Positions 13,832-22,472 of a stretch of DNA of 32,000 nt are shown here, piece by piece. This DNA is from Salinibacter grassmerensis (GTDB taxonomy: Bacteria; Bacteroidota; Rhodothermia; Rhodothermales; Salinibacteraceae), in contig NZ_CAMTTF010000001.1 of the NCBI RefSeq assembly GCF_947077765.1, positions 314,818 through 346,817 of the forward strand, written 5' to 3'. Position 1 is the stretch's first letter. Each line of letters begins with the position of its first letter. The notes beneath the pieces are model-generated. The model saw nothing but the letters and a program-made list of their open reading frames with translations, ran no database searches and was not told where the DNA came from. Both the position numbers and the translations under genes were made by a program.

Positions 13832-16800
13832 TCAAAACCCCGGCGAGATGCGGAAGCCCAGCTCCCAGGTCGTGTCGCGGCGCTGGAAGGGACGCGCGTA
13901 GTAGGTCTCCAGCAGAAGGCTCCCCAGGATGTTGAAGCGGGCGGACACCCCCGCGCTCACCACCGGAATGGTCGTGTCGGCGCTGTCGGTGTCAAACGTG
14001 AAGAGGTCCGGCCCCTCGTCGTTCGTCCAGGTTACGCCGGCATCGACGAACGGCGCCAGTGTGGTGGGCAGGTACCGGAACGGGATGAGGCTAAGGCGCT
14101 CCGGGCCCAGAAGGGGAATGCGAATCTCGGCCCGTGTCGTGAGGGCCCGCGTGCCGAAGAGGCGGTCGATCTCGGCGCACTGCGACGTGGTTGGGGCGTC
14201 GCCGAGACGGGTGCAGCCGCCGTTCTCCCGAATGCCACTCGCGATGCTCTGCACGCTGTAGCCGCGCACGAAGCCTTGTCCGTAGGGGTAGCCGATGTAC
14301 TCATTCCCGATGCCAAACTCGTCGCTGAACGAGGCGCCGTAGTTTCCGACGTGGAGCGCCTGGAAGGCGAACGTGAACGGCTCGGCGTAGAGATACCGGC
14401 GCACGTCGGCCCGGGCCGTGACGAAGTTCTGTGAGCCCACCGTCGGCGTAAGGCCAACCCGCCACCGTCCGCCCTGGAGGGGCCCCGTGAGGCCGTTCGT
14501 CGTGAAGTCGCGCACGTACGCCGCACTCGCCGTTGCTAGGTATTTCGGGGAGCGGCCCCCGAGTTGATCCTGCAACGTTTCCTCCGTGCCGTCGGGGGCA
14601 AGGCCCGCCGTGCGCACATTCGTTCCGAACCCGTAGCGCGTACCGCCGAGCGAAAACTCAAACCGTCGGGTGGGGCTCAGCGGGTAGGAGGCGTTGCCAC
14701 TGACGGAGGTAATGTAGGCGCGCTGCACGACGCTTCCGAGGCCGACGAGGCGTCCGGCGTCGTCCCGAAAGGGAACCGTGTTCGCCGAGAAGATGAGGGG
14801 GGTGTGACTGAGGGACCCGCCCCAGTTGAGCTGGCCGCGCTGGTTCATGTACGACACCCCGCCGCCGAGGTCACGGAAGGTGCCCTGGGCCTGCACGGCC
14901 ACCCCGAGGGTCCGGTGCCCCAGCATGTCCCCGAACCGGAGCCCGATGCCCCCGGCCAGGCCGCCCCCGAACGGGCCGCCGACGGAGACGCCAATGCCGC
15001 TGGCCCGGGAAATGGACTCCAGCGACAGCGTTGGGTCGTAGTCGTCGGTCGTGTAGTCGGTAGAGTCGGGTGGAAGGCCGGTGGTGGCGTCGCGGAGGTT
15101 GGCGGCGATCAGTCCCTCGTTTCGAGACGCGGGGGAGGGCAGGATGCCGGCGGCGCGCGACGTGTCGGCGGCGCTCGCCCCCGGCTCCTGTGCGGCCGTG
15201 TCGGTCTCCGTGGGGGGACGCGTACGGTCATCCGAGGAGGGGATCCCGGCCGTGGTTCCCCCGATCGGGATGCCCTGCGCCTCGCTGGCAGGGCGGCGGA
15301 CCCCGGTGTAATTGCCGTCCGCGAAGACCGACAGCATCATGTCGCCGCTCTGGGGGGCGATGGACAGCGCCGGAGATAGCGCCGTGATGCCGCTCACGCC
15401 CGTCTTGAGCCGGGTCACGCGGAACCGATCGCCATTCGACAGGTCCACGCGGTACGCGTCCTTGAACCCGTCCTGGTCGCTGACAAAGTAGAGGCTCTGT
15501 CCGTCCGGCGAGAACTGCGGATTGTGGTGCAGGGCGTCCCCGAACGGCTCCCGGACCGTCACCTCCCCGCTCGACACGTCCACCAGCCCGAGGTCCATGT
15601 TCGACGACGGGCTCAGCGTCTCGAAGTCCGTCTCTGCCCGGTCGGTCGTGAAGGCGATCGTCTCCCCGTCGGGCGCCCACGTCGGCTGGAGGTCCGCGTA
15701 GCGATCGTTGGTGAGCTGCCGCACCGACTCCGTTCCGAGCTCCAGGACGTAGAGGTCGCTGATGCCCCCGTCGGTGCCCGCGAAGGCGAGCCTCGAGCCG
15801 TCCGGCGACCACGCCGGGTTCTTCATCGACGTGACGCCGTCCACCGAGAAGCTACGCTCGATCTCCTCCTCCACCACGTTCCAGATCGTAATCTGGTTGT
15901 CGCCGTCCTCGGAGCTGACGAAGGCGAGGCGCCGCCCATCGGGCGACCACGTGCCGGAGGAGCTGATGAAGCGCAGGGCGTTGAAGTGGCTGGTGGTGCC
16001 GGCCCGGTCCAGCTCCGCGATGACCTCTCCGGTCCGGGCGTCCGCCACGTACAGGTTGAAGGAAAACAGTTCCCGTTCCGAGATGAACGCGACGTAGCGC
16101 CCGTCCGGGCTCAGCGACGGGGCGATGTTAATGCGTCCGCCGTTTGTCTCCGGGGCGAGCACCGTTTGCCCGGCGGAGTCGGGTGGCGTGCGGCCTTCCA
16201 TGCGCGGCCCGTACGTCTCGCGGGTGGTCTGGGCCCACTCGTTTGTGAGGGAGTCCGCCGACACGCCGAAGAGCTCCACGTAGGCCGAGTCGAGCCCCAC
16301 CTGTCCGCCCCGCTTGAAGAGGTCCGTAACGGCCTGGTCGCCGTACTTGCCGCCAATGTAGGCGAGGTACGCCTGGCCGTAGCGGTAGGGAAAGTACTCC
16401 CGCGGGTTGGCGAGGCCCTCGAACGAGGGCATGTCGTCCCGGCGCACCGCGTCCCGCATCCACATGGCCGTGTGCGAGTCCTGCCGCCCGACCGACAGGT
16501 ACTCCGCCATCCCTTCAATGAGCCAGGTCGGCAGGGCGCCGAGCTGAATGCCCACGCTGTCCGCGTTCAGGCCGAGGTCGAACTGAAAAGAATGCACCAG
16601 TTCGTGGCCCAGCACGTGGTCCGTCTCCCCGTACGACGACGCGAACGGCATGACCACGCGCTCCCGCAGCGGCTCGGTGAGGCCGCCGGTGCCCGGGCTA
16701 ATTGGCCGCGGCGTCACGTTGGTCTGCCGGAAGTCCGCGTCGTTGGCGTAGAAGATGATCGGCTTCTTCTCGTCGAAGCGGTGCAGAAAGATCTCGGTGT

Positions 16801-17029
16801 GGCGGTCGTACCAACGCTCGGCCATCCGGGCGGCGTCGCGTACGGCTTGCTCCTCCTCCGGGTAGAAGTGGAAGACAAAGTGCTCCGTCTCCAGCGTCCG
16901 AAAGTCGAACTGGTCGTACTGCACTTTATTCTGCCCGAAGTACTGCGCCCGGGCGTCCGGACCGCCGAGGAGCGCGAGGCCTGCGAAAAGTAGCGCGAGA
17001 GTGGAGGCGAGCGGGGGGAGAGATCGCAT
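13832..17029 (-). CDS. Large outer-membrane protein: signal peptide, zincin-like (HExxH, Peptidase_MA-like) domain, TolB-type PD40 beta-propeller, low-complexity linker and C-terminal beta-barrel
   Basis: 1065 aa. Signal peptide: MRSLPPLASTLALLFAGLALLGGPDARAQ. Zincin motif: GHELVHSF. There are at least five PD40 repeats (SPDGRYVAFIS, SPDGRRLAFVS, SPDGSRLAFAG, APDGETIAFTT, SPDGQSLYFVS). The C-terminal ~400 aa are rich in alternating beta-strand patterns and end ...WELGFRISPGF, with the terminal aromatic residue typical of OMP barrels. Confidence 0.85.
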   Translation of the reverse strand: MRSLPPLASTLALLFAGLALLGGPDARAQYFGQNKVQYDQFDFRTLETEHFVFHFYPEEEQAVRDAARMAERWYDRHTEIFLHRFDEKKPIIFYANDADFRQTNVTPRPISPGTGGLTEPLRERVVMPFASSYGETDHVLGHELVHSFQFDLGLNADSVGIQLGALPTWLIEGMAEYLSVGRQDSHTAMWMRDAVRRDDMPSFEGLANPREYFPYRYGQAYLAYIGGKYGDQAVTDLFKRGGQVGLDSAYVELFGVSADSLTNEWAQTTRETYGPRMEGRTPPDSAGQTVLAPETNGGRINIAPSLSPDGRYVAFISERELFSFNLYVADARTGEVIAELDRAGTTSHFNALRFISSSGTWSPDGRRLAFVSSEDGDNQITIWNVVEEEIERSFSVDGVTSMKNPAWSPDGSRLAFAGTDGGISDLYVLELGTESVRQLTNDRYADLQPTWAPDGETIAFTTDRAETDFETLSPSSNMDLGLVDVSSGEVTVREPFGDALHHNPQFSPDGQSLYFVSDQDGFKDAYRVDLSNGDRFRVTRLKTGVSGITALSPALSIAPQSGDMMLSVFADGNYTGVRRPASEAQGIPIGGTTAGIPSSDDRTRPPTETDTAAQEPGASAADTSRAAGILPSPASRNEGLIAANLRDATTGLPPDSTDYTTDDYDPTLSLESISRASGIGVSVGGPFGGGLAGGIGLRFGDMLGHRTLGVAVQAQGTFRDLGGGVSYMNQRGQLNWGGSLSHTPLIFSANTVPFRDDAGRLVGLGSVVQRAYITSVSGNASYPLSPTRRFEFSLGGTRYGFGTNVRTAGLAPDGTEETLQDQLGGRSPKYLATASAAYVRDFTTNGLTGPLQGGRWRVGLTPTVGSQNFVTARADVRRYLYAEPFTFAFQALHVGNYGASFSDEFGIGNEYIGYPYGQGFVRGYSVQSIASGIRENGGCTRLGDAPTTSQCAEIDRLFGTRALTTRAEIRIPLLGPERLSLIPFRYLPTTLAPFVDAGVTWTNDEGPDLFTFDTDSADTTIPVVSAGVSARFNILGSLLLETYYARPFQRRDTTWELGFRISPGF

Positions 17030-17530
17030 GACGAACGAAGAGAATTCGGCGGAGCGGTCGTGAGGGGGGCTGGATCTCCAGGGGATGAACGTGCCCGACC
17101 GGTGTGGTATTATGAGGGCACGATACCGCCATTACGAAATCTTGGTATTGCGAGAATGCTCGGGGCGGCCCAGCATCACATGGAGGACGATCGACTGACT
17201 TGTGGCCTCGCAGCCGAGGGGCCTGAATGACGTGCGTGACGACGGAATACGCTGCTTCCTTCGGTGACCTGCCCTCGATGGGCCGGAGCGATAGAGCGGA
17301 CTCCCTTTCCTCAAAGACGTACCGTTTTCGGCGCGAGGGGAGGGCACGGTGCGGGCCACGCACGCACACAGGGAAGTGGGGGAACGCCCCACCCGATCGT
17401 TCAAGATCGCAGGGTTGCGGGGGGAGTCTCTGAATTGTACCATAGTCGTGAGAATTGCGGCACGTGTGCCTGTTGAAGCCGCGTCGCCCGCTTCCGTTCG
17501 TCGCTCTCCCGAATTGTGTGTTTGCTCTTC

Positions 17531-17734
17531 ATGCCGACCGACGAGCCCGACGCCCCGACCGAGGTTGCCGCAGCGGGGGACGACTCGGGCAAGGCCCGAG
17601 ACATTTCCCTCGACGAGTTTCAGCCCTACGGGACCCTTGCGGTCACGGGGGCATACTTCGTCCTTTTGCTCGTGCTGTACGCGCTGCTGTACTTCGTCGA
17701 GTTCGCCACGCATGCCCCCCACATCATTGAGTAA
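17531..17734 (+). CDS. Small single-TM protein, a candidate ba3-oxidase subunit IIa/CbaD-like subunit
   Basis: 67 aa, with an acidic N-terminus and one TM helix (YGTLAVTGAYFVLLLVLYALLYFVEF). It lies 13 nt upstream of subunit II. The layout resembles the 34-aa Thermus ba3 subunit IIa helix. A GTG at 17516 is an alternative start. Confidence 0.5.
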   Translation: MPTDEPDAPTEVAAAGDDSGKARDISLDEFQPYGTLAVTGAYFVLLLVLYALLYFVEFATHAPHIIE

Positions 17735-17747
17735 GTCCTGATCGACC

Positions 17748-18269
17748 ATGCACGTCCACCGTTTCGAGAAGCTCTGGATCGGGCTCTCTCTTTTCCTCAT
17801 CGCCGCCTTCATCGGGATTGTGCTCTTCGGGTTCACGGTGATGAACCTGAAGGTGCCCGGCGTGGAAACCGGAGAAACCGTCGATCCGGCGACCGTCCTG
17901 TCGGAGGGGCCGTTTGCAAAGCCGGGGGTGCGGAAGATTAGTGACGACCACTACGAGGTGTACATGCTGGCCCAGCAGTTTATCTTTCGACCCGGGAGCA
18001 CCCAGCCCCTGACCCTGCCGGCCAATACCAAGGTGACCTTTCACATGACGAGCCCGGACGTCATGCACGGGTTCGAAGTGCCAGGAAGCGGCCTGAACTC
18101 GACGGTCATTCCGGGGCAGGTCGCGACCTTCACGACCCGGTTTCCGGAAGCCAAAAGCTACGGCATCATCTGCCACCAGTATTGTGGCTCGGCCCACCAC
18201 AACATGCAGGGCGAAATTAAGGTCGTCCCCCCATCCGAGTTTGACGAGAGCAACTTGATCGCACAATGA
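17748..18269 (+). CDS. cbaB: Cytochrome c oxidase subunit II, ba3 (B-family) type, with a CuA centre
   Basis: FHMTSPDVMHGFEVPG...YGIICHQYCGSAHHNMQGEIKVV corresponds to Thermus ba3 CbaB (FKITSPDVIHGFHVEG...YRIICNQYCGLGHQNMFGTIVV). It has a single N-terminal TM helix. Its stop overlaps the subunit I start (ATGA at 18266-18269). Confidence 0.9.
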   Translation: MHVHRFEKLWIGLSLFLIAAFIGIVLFGFTVMNLKVPGVETGETVDPATVLSEGPFAKPGVRKISDDHYEVYMLAQQFIFRPGSTQPLTLPANTKVTFHMTSPDVMHGFEVPGSGLNSTVIPGQVATFTTRFPEAKSYGIICHQYCGSAHHNMQGEIKVVPPSEFDESNLIAQ

Positions 18270-19939
18270 CGTTTGTCGACCACTACCCGAAAGCGGCGCG
18301 CATCGTCAAGGCCAACTTGATCGTCGCGTTCGTGGCCCTCGGCATCGGGGGCTTCTTCGGCCTCATTCAGGCGCTACACCGCACGGACGTCTTTCGGGGG
18401 TTTGTCTCCTCGGTGCAGTACTACGACGTGCTCACCGGTCACGGCGTCCTGCTGGCCCTCGTGTTCACCACCTTCTTCATTACGGGCCTCTACCAGTGGG
18501 GGGTCACGCGCACCATGGAGCGGGAGCCGGAGAGCTCCACGTTCTCGTGGACGTGGTTCGTGATGATGGTGGTGGGAACGACCATGACGGCCACGGCCAT
18601 CCTCGGCGGGCTTGTGCCGGGCAGTGGCCTGAGTGCGGCGGTCCTCTACACGTTCTACCCGCCGCTGCAGGCGCATCCGCTCTTCTACATCGGCGCGGCG
18701 CTCCTGGTGGTGGGCTCGTGGCTGGCCGGGGCGGACTGGTTCTGGACCTACTGGAAGTGGCGGGACGAGAACCCCGACGCCCGCATCCCGCTGCAGACCT
18801 ACATGGTGATCTTCACGTGGCTCATGTGGTACCTCTGCTCGCTGGGGCTGGCGCTGGAGGTGGTCGTGCTCCTCATCCCGTGGTCGCTCGGAATCGTCGA
18901 GAAGATTGACCCGCTACTGCCCCGCACACTCTTCTGGTACTTCGGGCACGCGGTGGTGTACTTCTGGCTGCTGCCGGCCTACTTCGTGTGGTACTCCATT
19001 CTGCCGAAGCTCTCGGGGGGGCGCCTCTTCAGCGACCCACTCGCCCGAATCGTCTTCGTCTTCTTTCTGCTCTTGTCGACCCCCATCGGCTACCACCACC
19101 AGTACGCGGACCCGGGCATCACCCTGGTCTACAAGATGTGGGCCCTCATCATGACGCTCGTCATTCTGCTGCCGAGTCTCATGACGGCCTTTACGGTCAT
19201 TTCGTCCATGGAGCACGGGGCGCGCCAGCGTGGCGGCAGCGGCTATTTTGCCTGGATGGCGGCGTTGCCCTGGGGCCAGCCCGCGTTTGTGGGCTGTGCG
19301 CTGGCCGGCATCATGTTCGCCGCGGGCGGGTTTAGCGGCATGGTCAACGCCTCGCTCAACATCGACATGCTGGTCCACAACACCGCATGGATTCCCGGCC
19401 ACTTCCACCTCACGGTGGGGACGGCGGTGGCCCTCACCTTCATGGCAATCACCTACTGGCTGCTACCGCAGCTGACGGGGAAGCAGCTCAAGTTCAAAAA
19501 CCTGGCCCTGGCCCAGCCCTACACGTGGTTCATCGGAATGACGCTGATGTCCAACGCGCTCCACCGGCAGGGCCTGGCGGGCGTGCCGCGCCGCGTGGCG
19601 GAGCCCCAGTACGCGGGCATCGACTACGAGGTGCCGTTCGGCACGATGGCGGAGATGGACTGGCAGGTGGCGATTGGGGGCACCATTCTCTTCGTCTCGA
19701 TGGTGCTCTTCCTGGTGGTAATCGGGGGCACGTGGTGGAGCGGCGCCCCCGCCACCGACGTGGACGACGTGATTCCGCCCGCCCTCTCCGGGCCGGAGCA
19801 CTCGCCGAAGATCCTGGACAACCTGAAGCTCTGGATGGGCGTGGCCGTGGCGCTGGTCCTCATCGCCTACACGCTGCCGCTGGCCGAGATGGTCATGGAC
19901 GGCCTCTTCTCGCCGGGGGCGTTCCCGGCGCCGATGTAG
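18266..19939 (+). CDS. cbaA: Cytochrome c oxidase subunit I, ba3 (B-family heme-copper oxidase)
   Basis: 557 aa and polytopic (about 13 TM helices). Heme-copper motifs are present: FWYFGHAVVYFWLLPAY (CuB His/Tyr region), HHQY, and NTAWIPGHFHLTVG (heme a3/b His ligands). It is translationally coupled to cbaB. Confidence 0.9.
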   Translation: MTFVDHYPKAARIVKANLIVAFVALGIGGFFGLIQALHRTDVFRGFVSSVQYYDVLTGHGVLLALVFTTFFITGLYQWGVTRTMEREPESSTFSWTWFVMMVVGTTMTATAILGGLVPGSGLSAAVLYTFYPPLQAHPLFYIGAALLVVGSWLAGADWFWTYWKWRDENPDARIPLQTYMVIFTWLMWYLCSLGLALEVVVLLIPWSLGIVEKIDPLLPRTLFWYFGHAVVYFWLLPAYFVWYSILPKLSGGRLFSDPLARIVFVFFLLLSTPIGYHHQYADPGITLVYKMWALIMTLVILLPSLMTAFTVISSMEHGARQRGGSGYFAWMAALPWGQPAFVGCALAGIMFAAGGFSGMVNASLNIDMLVHNTAWIPGHFHLTVGTAVALTFMAITYWLLPQLTGKQLKFKNLALAQPYTWFIGMTLMSNALHRQGLAGVPRRVAEPQYAGIDYEVPFGTMAEMDWQVAIGGTILFVSMVLFLVVIGGTWWSGAPATDVDDVIPPALSGPEHSPKILDNLKLWMGVAVALVLIAYTLPLAEMVMDGLFSPGAFPAPM

Positions 19940-19947
19940 GCGTGTGC

Positions 19948-19976
19948 GGGCGCCGGAGAGGCGCCCGGTGCTTCTG
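19948..19976 (+). terminator. Weak hairpin after cbaA; a possible terminator or attenuating structure
   Basis: GGGCGCC (19948-19954), loop GGAGA, GGCGCCC (19960-19966), followed by GGTGCTTCTG. The T-tract is poor. Confidence 0.3.
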
Positions 19977-20048
19977 AGCTGGGAGCGAATGCGACCGTAA
20001 ATGGGATCCGCCCAGTGGCTGCCTAGACGATTCCTGGACTTCTGCTCG

Positions 20049-20654
20049 ATGAGTACCGATTCTCCCGAGACGGATAGTGCTTCGTCCCCGTCTGCTCCCG
20101 ACGAGGTGAATCCCTGGGTGGTCCGCTTCTTTCTCATTCTGGCGTTCGGGCTGGCATTCGGGATTGAGGGAATGACCCTGGTCCGCAGCTACCTCCTGAG
20201 TGGGGAGGAGGAATCGGGACCGGTGGCCGAAGAACAGGGCCCCCCGGGGGACTCACTGGGGGGGCAATCGTCCGACGCCCCCCTCCGGATCGGCGACGAC
20301 CTCCTGCCGGCCACCGACGTGACGGAGCGCGTGGTGGAGATGCAGGTTCGAGCCCAGTCGTCTGGGCCCTGGACCTTCCGGCTCGCCGTCGTGGTGGAAA
20401 ACAACGCGGAGACGCCCTACCGCCTCACCCTTCGGGCCCTGGAGACGGACGACGGCGCGGTGCTCGACGAGGTGCAGACGGCAACCTGGCCCCCTGGCGA
20501 CTCCACACGGTTCCGCGCCACCTGGCCGATGGGGGCCGACGCCCGCCCGCAGTCGCTGACCGCCGAGGCGGAGCTGCAACGCGCCGAGGATTCTACCCGC
20601 ACCGTGCGCCGGCGCATTTCGTTCGGGCACGTGCCGGTACAGATGGAGCGCTAG
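20049..20654 (+). CDS. Hypothetical membrane-anchored protein downstream of the oxidase genes: acidic N-tail, one TM helix and a beta-rich extracytoplasmic domain
   Basis: The start is set at ATG 20049 (MSTDSPETDS...). TM helix: WVVRFFLILAFGLAFGIEGMTLV. High GC3. It is on the same strand, 110 nt after cbaA. I do not recognise the family. Confidence 0.55.
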   Translation: MSTDSPETDSASSPSAPDEVNPWVVRFFLILAFGLAFGIEGMTLVRSYLLSGEEESGPVAEEQGPPGDSLGGQSSDAPLRIGDDLLPATDVTERVVEMQVRAQSSGPWTFRLAVVVENNAETPYRLTLRALETDDGAVLDEVQTATWPPGDSTRFRATWPMGADARPQSLTAEAELQRAEDSTRTVRRRISFGHVPVQMER

Positions 20655-20988
20655 TCGATGAGAGCCCCTTCAAGTTCCCAGCCGAGAGTCAGCCCGGCGC
20701 GCAGTTCCTGTCCCCGTTGCGAGTGTTGATGCTCCCCCGAGAACGCAGGCGCTCTGTCCCCAAAATTGGGCGGCGAGGGCGCTGTCGACGCGCATGCCGG
20801 GAGGCAGCGGCTCGGGCGCCCACCGGCCCCGGGATTGCCTCCGTCGGTCGGCGCGACCGGCCCCGGGTTGAGAAGCGCCGGATAGCCTCACGTCCCCTCA
20901 AGAGGGATCTTCCCCCTATCTTCTCCTGTTGTGACATGGCCTATATCTCGTCGCAAAGCGCTGTTGCCCCCACCACACAGGATTCTCT

Positions 20989-21798
20989 ATGGAGCTTGAG
21001 TCGGGACGCCCGCGCCACGAACAAATCAGCGACTGGCTGCGCGATCAGATCGAGGAGGGCACGTACGAGGTCGACGAAAAACTCCCCTCCGAAAAGCAAC
21101 TGGGAGACCGGTTTGACGTAAGCCGGGTGACGGTGCGGCGGGCCCTCCAGACGCTGGAGAGTGAGGACTACATCTATCGCCGACAGGGGCTCGGCTCGTT
21201 CGTCAAGGAGCGCCGGGCCGCGCAGGGCCTCGTGCGCCTTACTGACTTTGCGCAGGACATGGCACAGGCGGGCCTCGAGGCGTCCTCCCAGGTCGAACAC
21301 CACGCGCCGGAGACGCCCCCGCCCGCAGTCGCCGTTCATCTGGACACCGGCGACCAGACGGTCATGCGACTCGACCGTCTTCGCCTCGGGGACGGGCGGC
21401 CCGTCGCGTTTGACCGGACCTGGCTCCCCATGTTCTACGCGCAGCTCTTGGAGGACCACGACCTGGAGGAGGAGACGATCTACCAGATTCTCGAAGCGGA
21501 GTACGACATCCCTGTCCTGCGCGGCCACTACCGCATCACGGCCGCCAACGCGGACGCCCCCATCACGGACCTGCTCGGCGTGGACGCCGGGGAGGCACTG
21601 CTCCTCATCGAACGCCTGTCGCTGACGGAGGGCGAGAAGCGCGTCTACTTCCAGCGGCGGTACTATCGTAGTGATCGGGTGGCGTACGAGCTGGAGCTGG
21701 CCCGCGACACCACCCGGCAGGGCGTGGCGGAGCACGGCATGCCGCTCCGCGAGTTTGAGCCGGTCTTTGGGGACGAAGCCGAAGAGCATGGCGAATAG
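20989..21798 (+). CDS. GntR-family transcriptional regulator, HutC/FarR subfamily (winged HTH + UTRA effector domain)
   Basis: ISDWLRDQIEEGTYEVDEKLPSEKQLGDRFDVSRVTVRRALQTLESEDYIYRRQGLGSFV is a canonical GntR HTH. The C-terminal ~170 aa fit a UTRA-like pattern (...RLDRLR..DG.PVA.....LP....). Confidence 0.85.
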   Translation: MELESGRPRHEQISDWLRDQIEEGTYEVDEKLPSEKQLGDRFDVSRVTVRRALQTLESEDYIYRRQGLGSFVKERRAAQGLVRLTDFAQDMAQAGLEASSQVEHHAPETPPPAVAVHLDTGDQTVMRLDRLRLGDGRPVAFDRTWLPMFYAQLLEDHDLEEETIYQILEAEYDIPVLRGHYRITAANADAPITDLLGVDAGEALLLIERLSLTEGEKRVYFQRRYYRSDRVAYELELARDTTRQGVAEHGMPLREFEPVFGDEAEEHGE

Positions 21799-21825
21799 CT
21801 GCGGTCTCATGGGATGGGGGAGCCC

Positions 21826-22194
21826 CACTCTGAGGCCGTAATGGAGGCCGTTCAGGAGCGATCCAAGGTCGCACCGGTGCTCATAGGCGGCGGGATTCAG
21901 TGGCGCGGCTGCGCTGTCCGAGGCGGACGTAGGCATCGCGCTGTCGTGAGGGCATCGGTGTCCATGGAGGCCGCAGACGCGCTCCTCTACGACCCCGACC
22001 CCGGGCTCGTCCCGTGGCTTCAGCATCTTAGCCGCCGCACCCACCAGGTGATTCAGTAGAATTTGTGGTGGACGTTCGGCTACAACGCCGTTGGCCTCGG
22101 CCTCCCTGTTTCGGGCCTGCTGCCTCCGATCAACGCCGTCGTCGTCATGACGCTGAGCAGCGTTCTCGTGATGGGCAATGCCGTTCGGCTTTGA
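21826..22194 (+). pseudogene. Decayed 3' relic of a heavy-metal-translocating P1B-type ATPase. About the last 120 codons remain, with two frameshifts and an in-frame TAG
   Basis: Frame 1 reads EAVMEAVQERSKVAPVLIGGGI (cf. K.EAV..LQ..G..VAMVGDGIND). A shifted frame at about 21900-21940 reads AAALSEADVGIALS followed by TGA. Back in frame 1 the sequence is SVSMEAADALLYDPDPGLVPWLQHLSRRTHQVIQ, then TAG (22057-22059), then NLWWTFGYNAVGLGLPVSGLLPPINAVVVMTLSSVLVMGNAVRL and TGA at 22192-22194. This is the canonical C-terminus of CopA/ZntA-like pumps. No N-terminal ~600 codons are present; the GntR gene ends at 21798. Confidence 0.8.
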
Positions 22195-22290
22195 CGAACA
22201 GCGCCCCCGGAGACAATCTTGTAGAGGAGGGCCCTTGCTCCGCGAGCGAAACCATTTCCATGCTCTAGAAATAGAAGAGCCCGATCCCGT

Positions 22291-22313
22291 AGTTGTTAAT
22301 ACATATTACAACA
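22291..22313. promoter_or_regulatory. AT-rich imperfect inverted repeat; a candidate operator or promoter element upstream of the MBL-rhodanese gene
   Basis: GTTGTTAAT-ACAT-ATTACAAC (half-sites GTTGT(T)AAT / ATTACAAC) lies in the only AT-rich patch of the 22195-22472 spacer, 160 nt before the ATG. Confidence 0.3.
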
Positions 22314-22472
22314 TAAGACGGGCCGGTCCACGGTCGAGCGACACGTGAGGCCTGCCCCCGACTGGGACTGGATGAGACGGGTGCCCTCACGCCTTGCGGG
22401 GGCTCAGGCGTCGCCCGCTGTCCGTTGCCTCATGTCCACCTCCACTTCCCTTTCGAACCGACCCAACCTCCC

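Noticed and set aside
15524-16993. 489-aa + strand ORF inside the large OMP gene
   Set aside because: The minus-strand frame carries the signal peptide, HExxH, PD40 repeats and the OMP C-terminus. The + frame is Arg/Val/Gly/Pro-rich without motifs.
20941-22044. 367-aa minus-strand ORF overlapping the GntR gene and the ATPase relic
   Set aside because: The + strand encodes a textbook GntR HTH. The minus translation has no recognisable domain. The same reasoning applies to 22920-24008 (-), 27395-28498 (-), 10939-12084 (-), 12835-13821 (-), 5640-6320 (-) and 6449-7272 (-).
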